From Wigglesworthia glossinidia endosymbiont of Glossina brevipalpis (lineage in GTDB: Bacteria; Pseudomonadota; Gammaproteobacteria; Enterobacterales; Enterobacteriaceae): a stretch of DNA of 32,000 nucleotides. The notes beneath the pieces are model-generated. The model was given only the letters and a program-made list of their open reading frames with translations, was not told the DNA's origin and did no database searches. The position numbers and the translations under genes are program-made. How positions within the stretch are numbered: position 1 is the first letter of the stretch; each line of letters starts with the position of its first letter. Positions 1 through 8,485 of the stretch are shown piece after piece. The stretch covers positions 330,001 through 362,000 of the forward strand of contig BA000021.3 in assembly GCA_000008885.1 (NCBI GenBank). Reading direction: 5' to 3'.

Positions 1-157
1 TTATTAAAATTGTTTTATTTATTAATTTTTTATTTAAATTTATTTTTATCAATTTAATAAAAATTTTATTTTTAAACTTTTATTTGCATATATAAAAAAT
101 GTTTTGTATATTAAAATTATTATTATATTTTAAATATATGAAATAATATAAAATAAT

Positions 158-373
158 ATGAAAAAAAAAATTCATCCTATGTCTTTAGATATACTAGCTA
201 CATGTTCTTGTGGAAACTCTTTGAAAATAAAATCTACAATAAAAAAGGATATATTGTTAGATGTATGTAATAAATGTCATCCATTTTATACTGGAACTCA
301 AAAAAAATTGAATATAGGAGGAAGAGTTAGTAAGTTTAAAAAAAGATTTGATAATATAGTGTATAAAAAATAA
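158..373 (+). CDS. rpmE: 50S ribosomal protein L31
   Basis: 71 aa [53 protein letters not shown]; L31 pattern with CSC and CNKC zinc-type cysteines and the HPFYTGTQK motif. Confidence 0.96.
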   Translation: MKKKIHPMSLDILATCSCGNSLKIKSTIKKDILLDVCNKCHPFYTGTQKKLNIGGRVSKFKKRFDNIVYKK

Positions 374-635
374 GTTTGTTTTTAATAAATATAATTAATT
401 AAATACATAATATATATAAATTTTAAATTTATAGATTAATATATTATAAAAATAAAATTTTAATTAATATTTTTACAAAAATATTAATTAAAATTTTAAT
501 ATATGTTAATTTAAAACAAAGTTATTTATAATAAAAAATTATAAAAAATATATTTTTATTATGTATGAATTTTATCTTATAGATTATATAAAAAATTAGT
601 TTTATTATTTTTCTGCACAAAAGGAAATTTTATTA

Positions 636-1544
636 ATGAAGTACGCACTGGAAATAAAAAAATTAAGAAAAATATATAAAACGAATATATGTGCTATAAA
701 TTCGATCGATTTAAAAGTAAAAATTGGTGATTTTTATGCTTTGCTAGGTCCAAACGGGGCTGGAAAATCTACAACTATAGGCATATTAAGCAGTTTAATA
801 AAAAAGAGTTCTGGATTGGTAAAAATATTTGGATATGACATAGACAAAGATAAAATAAACACTAAAAAAAAAATTGGACTTGTTCCTCAAGAGTTTAATT
901 TTAGTCCATTTGAAACTATAAATCAAATTGTTATCAATCAAGCTGGATTTTATGGAATAAAAAAAAGCATAGCTATTGATAGAGCTAAAAAATATCTCAA
1001 TAAACTAGAACTATGGGATCAAAGAAATAAACCAGCAAGAGTTCTATCTGGAGGAACAAAACGTAGATTAATGATTGCTAGAGCTTTGATGCATAAACCT
1101 AAAGTTTTAATTTTAGATGAACCTACTGCAGGAGTAGATGTAGAAATAAGAAGACTAATATGGAAATTGTTAATAAATCTTAATAAAAATGGCAAAACAA
1201 TAATACTAACTACTCATTATTTTGAAGAAGCAGAATTCTTATGTAATCATATTGGAATAATGCAATATGGAATTTTAATAAAAAATACTTCAATTCAAAA
1301 ATTATTATCTAAAGTTAAATCAGAAAAATTTATTTTAGAATCATCTAGCGATATCTCTAAAATAAAAATTGAAGGATACAATTTTAAAAATTTGCAAAAA
1401 AATACATTAGAAGTTGAAGTTGATAAAAAAAAAGGATTAAATGATTTATTTTTTCAACTTAATTCTCAAAATATACATATAATAAGCATGAGAAACAAGT
1501 CTAACAGATTAGAAGAACTATTCTTAAATTTAGTATCTAAATAA
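636..1544 (+). CDS. yadG: ABC transporter ATP-binding protein, YadG-like
   Basis: Walker A GPNGAGKST, signature LSGGTKRRLMIARALMHKP, Walker B LILDEPTAGVD; adjacent permease gene; SD-like AAGGAAA upstream. Confidence 0.93.
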   Translation: MKYALEIKKLRKIYKTNICAINSIDLKVKIGDFYALLGPNGAGKSTTIGILSSLIKKSSGLVKIFGYDIDKDKINTKKKIGLVPQEFNFSPFETINQIVINQAGFYGIKKSIAIDRAKKYLNKLELWDQRNKPARVLSGGTKRRLMIARALMHKPKVLILDEPTAGVDVEIRRLIWKLLINLNKNGKTIILTTHYFEEAEFLCNHIGIMQYGILIKNTSIQKLLSKVKSEKFILESSSDISKIKIEGYNFKNLQKNTLEVEVDKKKGLNDLFFQLNSQNIHIISMRNKSNRLEELFLNLVSK

Positions 1545-1549
1545 ATTTT

Positions 1550-2332
1550 ATGGAATTGAAAATGAAACAGTCTAATTGGATTGCGTTAAAAAGTATTTTA
1601 TGCAAAGAAATATCTAGATTTTCTAGAATATGGGGTCAAACTTTAGTTCCTCCAGTGATAACTATGATGCTTTATTTTTTTATTTTTGGAAATTTAATTG
1701 GAGTAAATTTAGAAAAAATTCAAGGATTTTCTTATATGGAATTTATCATTCCAGGAATGATAATGATGTCTGTTATTACAAATTCTTATAGTAATGTTTC
1801 TTCTTCTTTTTTTAGCGCTAAATTTCAAAGAAACATAGAAGAAATGTTGATTGCCCCAATCCCAGTTTATGTTATTATTTTTGGATATATAGGAGGAGGA
1901 ATAGCACGCGCAATATGCGTAGGGGGACTAGTAAGTATAGTATCTTTATTTTTTTTGGTTATAAAAATAAAACAATTAATTATAATTTTATCAATATTAA
2001 TATTGACATCTATACTTTTTTCTTTAGCAGGTTTGTTGAATGGTATTTTTGCAAAAAGTTTTGATGATATAAGTATAGTACCAACATTTATTTTGACTCC
2101 TTTGACTTATCTAGGAGGAGTATTCTATTCATTAAAATTACTCCCTATTTTTTGGCAAAAAATTTCTAAATTTAATCCAATTGTATATATGGTGAATAGT
2201 TTTAGATATGGTTTTTTAGGAATTACTGATGTATCTATTTTTTTGTCTTTTATTATAATTATTTCAATTATTGCAATTTTGTATGTGTTTGTTTGGTATT
2301 TGATTCATAATAATTGGAATCTTAAAATTTAA
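1550..2332 (+). CDS. yadH: ABC-2 type transporter permease, YadH-like
   Basis: Multi-TM protein; WIALKSILCKEISRFSRIWGQTLVPPVITMMLYFFIFGNLIG closely resembles E. coli YadH. The true start may be the internal ATG at 1562. Confidence 0.92.
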   Translation: MELKMKQSNWIALKSILCKEISRFSRIWGQTLVPPVITMMLYFFIFGNLIGVNLEKIQGFSYMEFIIPGMIMMSVITNSYSNVSSSFFSAKFQRNIEEMLIAPIPVYVIIFGYIGGGIARAICVGGLVSIVSLFFLVIKIKQLIIILSILILTSILFSLAGLLNGIFAKSFDDISIVPTFILTPLTYLGGVFYSLKLLPIFWQKISKFNPIVYMVNSFRYGFLGITDVSIFLSFIIIISIIAILYVFVWYLIHNNWNLKI

Positions 2333-2400
2333 ATTTAACAATTAAAAATTAACAACACTAAATGAATTTAAAAATAGTTTAATTTAACAATATATATTTT

Positions 2401-3531
2401 ATGAATATAGTTGAAATTGCTAAAAATTTAATTAAATGTCAATCTTTAAGCCCATATGATGCTGGATGTAATAAAATAATAATAAAATGCTTGCACAATA
2501 TGGGATTTTATGTTGAAAAAATGAAATTTGGGAAAACTGAAAATATTTGGGCCTATAAAGGAACAGGATATACTTTATTATTTGCTGGTCATACGGATGT
2601 AGTACATGCAGGGAATGTAAAAAATTGGAAATATCCTCCATTTTCTTCAAAATTAAAAGATGGAATTTTATACGGCAGAGGATCTGCTGACATGAAAGGT
2701 GCTTTAGCTGCTATGCTAATTGCCGCAAAAAAATTTTTTAAATCATATAAGGAGCCTAAAGGAAGATTAGCATTTCTAATAACTTCAGACGAAGAAGGTT
2801 CTGGAAGTAATGGAACAAAAAAAGTAATTAATGTTCTTTTAAAAAGAAAAGAAAAAATTGATTGCTGTTTAATAGGAGAACCTACTGGAGAGAAAAATAT
2901 AGGAGATATAGTAAAAAATGGAAGAAGAGGATCTTTAAGCGTAAAAATAATTATTTATGGCAAACAAAATCATGTAGCTTATGCTGAAAATAATAATAAT
3001 CCGATATATCATTCTAATAAAATAATAGGCGAGTTACTAAAAACCTCTTGGAATGACGTGCAATGCATATTGCCTAAAACTACAATGCAAATTATTGGAA
3101 TAAGAAGCAATATAAAAAAATTTACTAATATTACTCCTAGTAAAGTAGAAATAATTATAAATTTTAGATTTAATTTTAAATCAAACAAAAAAATAATAAA
3201 AGAAAAAATAGTTTCAATTTTAAAAAAATATAAATATTTTTATGATATAAAATGCATTTTACATAGTGATCCATTCTTCACAAAAACTGGAAATTTATTA
3301 AAATCAGTAATAGAATCTGTAAAAATTTATCAAAAAATTACTCCTTGTATAATAAATTCTGGAGGAACGTCAGATGGAAGATTTATATATAAAATTAGTA
3401 AACAAATTATCGAATTAGGTTTGTTGAACAAAACAATTCACAAAGATAATGAGCATATAAAAGTAAAAGATTTACTAATATTATGTAATATATATCAATA
3501 TATTTTAAAAAAAATATTAATAAAAAATTAA
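2401..3531 (+). CDS. dapE: succinyl-diaminopimelate desuccinylase
   Basis: M20-family motifs (FAGHTDVVHAG, GRGSADMKG, ITSDEEGSG, CLIGEPTGEK, SGGTSDGRFI), full length 376 aa. Confidence 0.95.
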   Translation: MNIVEIAKNLIKCQSLSPYDAGCNKIIIKCLHNMGFYVEKMKFGKTENIWAYKGTGYTLLFAGHTDVVHAGNVKNWKYPPFSSKLKDGILYGRGSADMKGALAAMLIAAKKFFKSYKEPKGRLAFLITSDEEGSGSNGTKKVINVLLKRKEKIDCCLIGEPTGEKNIGDIVKNGRRGSLSVKIIIYGKQNHVAYAENNNNPIYHSNKIIGELLKTSWNDVQCILPKTTMQIIGIRSNIKKFTNITPSKVEIIINFRFNFKSNKKIIKEKIVSILKKYKYFYDIKCILHSDPFFTKTGNLLKSVIESVKIYQKITPCIINSGGTSDGRFIYKISKQIIELGLLNKTIHKDNEHIKVKDLLILCNIYQYILKKILIKN

Positions 3532-3562
3532 AAATTTATAAATTATATATTTATATAAATGT

Positions 3563-4233
3563 TTATAAGTTCCAATCAATTTGATCTCTTCCAGAATCGT
3601 TTAAAATTTTATTAGCTTTTATAAAATGATTGCATCCAATAAATCCATTATATGCTGAAAAAGGAGAAGGGTGCGATGATTCCAAAATAAAATGTTTTTT
3701 TGAATTAATTAATAACTTTTTTTTTTAGCATGATATCCCCATAAAATAAATATTACTTTATAACAATTAAAATTAATTATTTCAATAATTTTATCTGTAA
3801 ATTTTTGCCATCCAATATTTATATGAGAATTCGGCCTATTTTCTTCTACAGTAAGAACTGTATTTAAAAGAAGAACTCCTTGAATAGCCCATTTATTTAA
3901 ACATCCATGTTTAGGAATAATAAAATTTTTTATGCTATTTTTTAATTCTTTAAAAATATTCCTTAGAGAAGGTGGTATTTTAGAATTTTTTTTAACAGAA
4001 AAACATAATCCATCTGCTTGATCTTCCTTATAATAAGGATCTTGTCCAATAATCACAATTTTAATATTTTTTAATGGAGTTAATTTTATAGATTTAAATA
4101 TATCTTTTTTCTCAGGAAAAATTTTTTTTCCACATGTTTTTTGAAAGTTAATGAAATTAAAAATTTTAATAAAGTATTCTTTATTTTTTTCTTTTGATAG
4201 AAAATTTTTCCATGTTAAAAATTCATTTTTCAT
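3563..4233 (-). pseudogene. ung: uracil-DNA glycosylase, frameshifted in a poly(A) tract (coding strand) but otherwise complete; may be rescued by slippage
   Basis: N-terminal frame 4233-3709 contains the catalytic motif IGQDPYY and ends ILWGYHAKKKSY*. After a 10-A run (plus-strand T run 3717-3726) the conserved C-terminus continues in another frame: LLINSKKHFILESSHPSPFSAYNGFIGCNHFIKANKILNDSGRDQIDWNL*, stop 3563-3565. Confidence 0.9.
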
Positions 4234-4300
4234 ATGTTAATTTTATTTTTATAAAAAAATTATTTTTTAAATTTAAATATATAATAATTTGTAAAATTCA

Positions 4301-5461
4301 TTAATATTTAGAATTTTCTTTTAAAATTTTAATTGTATTATTAATTTGATTTATTGCAAAAGAAATGTCTTCTTTAGAAGTAAATCTTCCTATCGAAAAT
4401 CTAATCGAACTTTTAGATAAAAAGTGATTCAACCCCATAGCTTTTAAAACATGAGATGAATTTTCTTTTTCAGAAGAACAAGCAGATCCTGAAGAAATAG
4501 CTAGATCTTTTAATAAAATAATTAAAGTTTTACTATCAATTCCTAAAAAGGTTATATTTAATATATTTGGAATATTGTTTATTGGATCTCCGTTTAATAA
4601 AATATTATTTTTTTCTTTTATTCCAGATAAAAATTTATCTCTAAGTAATTTTATTTTTTTATTTTCTAAATTCATTTCGTCTTTTAGAATAGCGCATGCT
4701 TTTCCCATTCCTACTATTTGATGAACTGGTAAAGTTCCAGATCTAAAATTTTTTTCTTGTCCACCTCCGTGTATTTGAGCTTTAAAATAAATAGGAGGTT
4801 TTCTTCTCAAAAATAATGCTCCTACACCTTTGGGTCCATAAATTTTATGAGAACTAAAAGACATAAGATCAATAGGAATCAACGAAACATCTATAGGAAT
4901 TTTCCCTATGCTTTGAGTAGCATCTACGTGAAACAAAATTTTCCTAGATTTACATATTTTACAAAAAGATTCTATATCTTGTATTATTCCAGTTTCATTA
5001 TTAACATGCATTAAAGAAACTAAAACTGTGTTTTTTTTTATTTTTTCTTCTAATCTTTTTGGATGAATGATTCCATTTTTATTTGGAGATAACAAAGTTA
5101 ATTCTATGCCATTTTCTTGCAAATTATATAATGTATCTAAAACAGAAATATGCTCAGTTTCCCCAGAAATAACATGTAATTTTTCTGTTTTATTAAAATT
5201 TATTGACCCTTTTATTGCTAAGTTATTTGATTCGGTTGCACCAGAAGTAAATATTATTTCTCTTGCATCTGAATTAATCAAATTTGATATATTTTTTCTA
5301 GATTTTTCTACAGCTTGTTCTGCTTTCCATCCATATATATGAGAACGAGAAGATGGATTTCCAAATATTCCATCATATTTTAAATATTTTATCATTTCTT
5401 CATACACTCTTTGATCTACTGGAGTAGTAGATGCATAATCTAAATATATTGGAAACTTCAC
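4301..5461 (-). CDS. iscS: cysteine desulfurase IscS (C-terminally shortened)
   Basis: MKFPIYLDYASTTPVDQRVYEEM, PLP-Lys region SFSSHKIYGPKG, catalytic Cys loop SSGSACSS; 386 aa, lacks the [21 protein letters not shown]-like tail of E. coli IscS. Confidence 0.93.
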   Translation of the reverse strand: MKFPIYLDYASTTPVDQRVYEEMIKYLKYDGIFGNPSSRSHIYGWKAEQAVEKSRKNISNLINSDAREIIFTSGATESNNLAIKGSINFNKTEKLHVISGETEHISVLDTLYNLQENGIELTLLSPNKNGIIHPKRLEEKIKKNTVLVSLMHVNNETGIIQDIESFCKICKSRKILFHVDATQSIGKIPIDVSLIPIDLMSFSSHKIYGPKGVGALFLRRKPPIYFKAQIHGGGQEKNFRSGTLPVHQIVGMGKACAILKDEMNLENKKIKLLRDKFLSGIKEKNNILLNGDPINNIPNILNITFLGIDSKTLIILLKDLAISSGSACSSEKENSSHVLKAMGLNHFLSKSSIRFSIGRFTSKEDISFAINQINNTIKILKENSKY

Positions 5462-5657
5462 TTATTTTTAATCCTATAAAAATAATTATATATATAATAT
5501 ATTATCATTAAATTTAATTTGTTAAAAATAAATTAAATTTAAAATAATGAATATTTTTATTTATATATTATAATAAGTAAATTTTACCTTATTTTAAAAA
5601 ATTTTTTATTTATAAAATATTTTAATTTAAATAAATTTAAATAAGAGAAAACATATT

Positions 5658-6467
5658 ATGTATCCAATGCTTAACATTGCAATTCAAGCTGCCAGAGAAG
5701 CAGGAAAATTAATAAATAAATATTATGGAGGAATATATTTATCTGAAAATATATATCAAATAAATGAAAATTCATTTGATATTAATAATGCAGTAGAAAA
5801 TTTAATTTGTAATATTATTAAAAAATATTATCCTAATCATATTATTTTAAATATAAATAAAGAAATAAAATATAATTTTTTCTCAAGAAAAAAAAAAGAA
5901 ATTTCAAATGTAAAATGGATTATAGATCCAATAAATGGTTATGAGAATTTTTCTACAAACATTCCTCATTTTGCTGTTTCTATAGCAGTTCAAATAAATT
6001 TAAAAACAGAAATTTCAGTAATATACGATCCTATTAAAAATGAACTGTTTAATGCTATAAGAGGAAGAGGTGCTCAATTAAACGGTTATAGAATTAGGAC
6101 AAAAAAAATTAAAAACATAAAAGACATAATTATATCTACAATAATTTCTAATGAAAAACAAAATATAAATAATAATTATGATTTTATTTTAAATAATTTA
6201 ATTTTATATTTTAAAAACTTCAGATGTACAGGATCTATAGCATTAGATTTAGCATACGTAGCTTCTAATAGATTTTCTTTGTTTTTTTTGATTAAATCAG
6301 ATTTAGAAAAATTTTTTATAAGCAATGATCTTATAATAAGAGAATCTGGAGGATTAATAACTGATTTTACTGGAGGTCATGATTATTTATATTCTGGAAA
6401 TATTTTAGCAGGAAATCCTGATATAGTAAAAAAAATTCTATTAATAATAAGAAAAAAATTAAAATAA
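5658..6467 (+). CDS. suhB: SuhB-like inositol monophosphatase-family protein with degenerate catalytic motifs
   Basis: Colinear with E. coli SuhB (PHFAVSIAVQI, VIYDPIKNELFNAIRGRGAQLNGYR, TGSIALDLAYVA, ESGGLITDFTGGHDYLYSGNILAGNP), but DPLDGT is DPINGY and the other metal-binding motifs are altered. Confidence 0.9.
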   Translation: MYPMLNIAIQAAREAGKLINKYYGGIYLSENIYQINENSFDINNAVENLICNIIKKYYPNHIILNINKEIKYNFFSRKKKEISNVKWIIDPINGYENFSTNIPHFAVSIAVQINLKTEISVIYDPIKNELFNAIRGRGAQLNGYRIRTKKIKNIKDIIISTIISNEKQNINNNYDFILNNLILYFKNFRCTGSIALDLAYVASNRFSLFFLIKSDLEKFFISNDLIIRESGGLITDFTGGHDYLYSGNILAGNPDIVKKILLIIRKKLK

Positions 6468-6616
6468 GTATATAATTTTTTTTAAATAAAAAAAACAAAA
6501 GTTTTTGATTAAATATTAATATTTTAATATAATAAATTTTTTATATAAACTTTTTATAAAAAACTTTATTAATATGATAAATTTTATTTATTGAAATACT
6601 GTACATTAAAATTTTT

Positions 6617-7297
6617 GTGAAAAAGAATATATTATTATTTTTGTTAAAACTAAATATTAACTTTTTTTTAAATTGTATTTGCATAGGATGGATAATAGCG
6701 TTGATTTCATATTTAATGAATAAAACAATTTTATGTATTTCATCTTCTGTTTTTGTAGTTTCTTGTTTAATTTTTTATTTATTAAAAATAAAGTATAATA
6801 ACAATAATAAATTAAAAAACAAAAAAAATAAAAAATTTATTTCACTAAATAATGAAAAAATTTTTGAGAAAGAAAACAATATTGTGTGTAAATTTGAAAA
6901 AAAAGAGAATACCTTAATATCCAAAGATACAATTTTAAAAGGAGATGTTATAGTAAAAAATAATATACATATATCTGGCAAAATATATGGAAATATAGAA
7001 GCAAAAGAAAATGTTATTTATATATTGCAAACAGGAATTATTGAAGGAAACTTGTTAGCAAAAGAAATTATTATTGATGGCAAAGTAAATGGTATATGTC
7101 AGTCATCTATTTTAGATATTTTAGAATATGGAAAATTATTTGGCATAATTAAATGTGATATAGTTACAATAAAAAAAGGCGGTAAATTTATTGGAAAATC
7201 TGAAAACTTAGAAATAGAAGAATCTAAAATTTTAAAAAAAAATAAAATTTATTCTAAAAAAGAAAGTGAAAATAAATTAATAAAAAATTCTATATAA
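6617..7297 (+). CDS. bactofilin-family (DUF583 / CcmA-like) polymer-forming protein with N-terminal TM segments
   Basis: N-terminal hydrophobic segments, then a short-period beta-helix-like repeat: DTILKGDVIVKNNIHISGKIYGNIEAKENVIYILQTGIIEGNLLAKEIIIDGKVNGICQSSILDILEYGKLFGIIKCDIVTIKKGGKFIGKSE. Confidence 0.82.
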   Translation: MKKNILLFLLKLNINFFLNCICIGWIIALISYLMNKTILCISSSVFVVSCLIFYLLKIKYNNNNKLKNKKNKKFISLNNEKIFEKENNIVCKFEKKENTLISKDTILKGDVIVKNNIHISGKIYGNIEAKENVIYILQTGIIEGNLLAKEIIIDGKVNGICQSSILDILEYGKLFGIIKCDIVTIKKGGKFIGKSENLEIEESKILKKNKIYSKKESENKLIKNSI

Positions 7298-7817
7298 TAA
7301 GATTCTTTAAATAAGAAATTTAAATAAATAAATTAATAATATTTAATTATTTATATTTATTTTAAAATTTATAAATTACATATTTGTTGATTTTTTTAAT
7401 ATTTTTTTATATCATTCATAATGATTATTATATACAAATATTTATTAAATACGTTAAAACAAAATAATTAATAAATTTTTATTTCTAATTTTAATTAATA
7501 TAATTAAAATAAATTAATATTAAATACTGCTAATTATTAAAAAATTTATTTTTTTTGATAAAATTTTTAATTTTTTATTTACATACATAAAATATATAAA
7601 AGTATTTTTTTATTACAGTTAATTAATTTAAATTTTAAAATATTTGGATATAAATAAATTTATTATAAATATTTAATTTTATTTTTAATATAAAAATATA
7701 AATTTATTTATATAATAATTTTTAATAAAGCTAATGAATATTTTAATTAAATAAAAATTTTTCATTTTTATATTAAGTTTTTTAAAGAATTTAATATTTA
7801 AAAAATTAAATAATTAT

Positions 7818-8387
7818 ATGATAATTTATTATAGCGCAAATCAATCTAAATCTGGTTTAAAAATTTTATTAAAAAATGAACCATGTTTAATATTAGAAAA
7901 TCAATTTGTAAAACCAGGTAAAGGACAACCTTTTAATAGAATAAAAATAAAAAAATTAATTTCTGGAAAAATCTTTACTAAAATTTTTAAGTCTAATGAA
8001 AAATTAATATATGCTGATGTTTTAGATGTAAAAGTTAAATCTTTATATAAAGATAAAAAATATTGGAACTTTATAAAAAAGGAAAATTTTGAACAATTTA
8101 AGATTAGTAAAAAAAATCTAGGAGAAAAATATAAATGGATTATAGAACAATTAGAATGCATAGTTACTTTTTGGGATGAAAATCCTATAAATATTACTTT
8201 ACCAAGATTTGTAGATATTAAAGTATGTAATGCTAATTTTGATATAAAAGGAGATACAATAAAATCTGGAAATAAATATATAATACTAACAACAGGAGCT
8301 ATAATAAAAGCTCCTATTTTTATACGTTCTGAAGAAATTGTTAGAGTAGATACTAATCTAGGAGAATATGTTTCTAGAATAAAATAA
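7818..8387 (+). CDS. efp: elongation factor P
   Basis: FVKPGKGQPFNRIKIKKLISG; C-terminal GEYVSRIK; 189 aa, full length. Modified-lysine loop PGKGQ retained. Confidence 0.96.
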   Translation: MIIYYSANQSKSGLKILLKNEPCLILENQFVKPGKGQPFNRIKIKKLISGKIFTKIFKSNEKLIYADVLDVKVKSLYKDKKYWNFIKKENFEQFKISKKNLGEKYKWIIEQLECIVTFWDENPINITLPRFVDIKVCNANFDIKGDTIKSGNKYIILTTGAIIKAPIFIRSEEIVRVDTNLGEYVSRIK

Positions 8388-8485
8388 ATTAATTAAATTT
8401 AAATAAATGTTTAAATTGATTTTTATCGAAAAATTTTTATTGTTGATTTATTAAAATTTTTTATATTTTAATCTTATTAGTCTAT

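Noticed and set aside
2432-2650. Antisense ORFs within dapE, iscS (5067-5342), the bactofilin gene (6775-6981), efp (7901-8161), purT (12290-12502), ribF (18164-18352), dnaK (22097-22303), wecE (27704-27907), rho (28460-28666) and pgk (30588-30965)
   Set aside because: All lie opposite strongly conserved genes, are short, and show no recognisable motifs.
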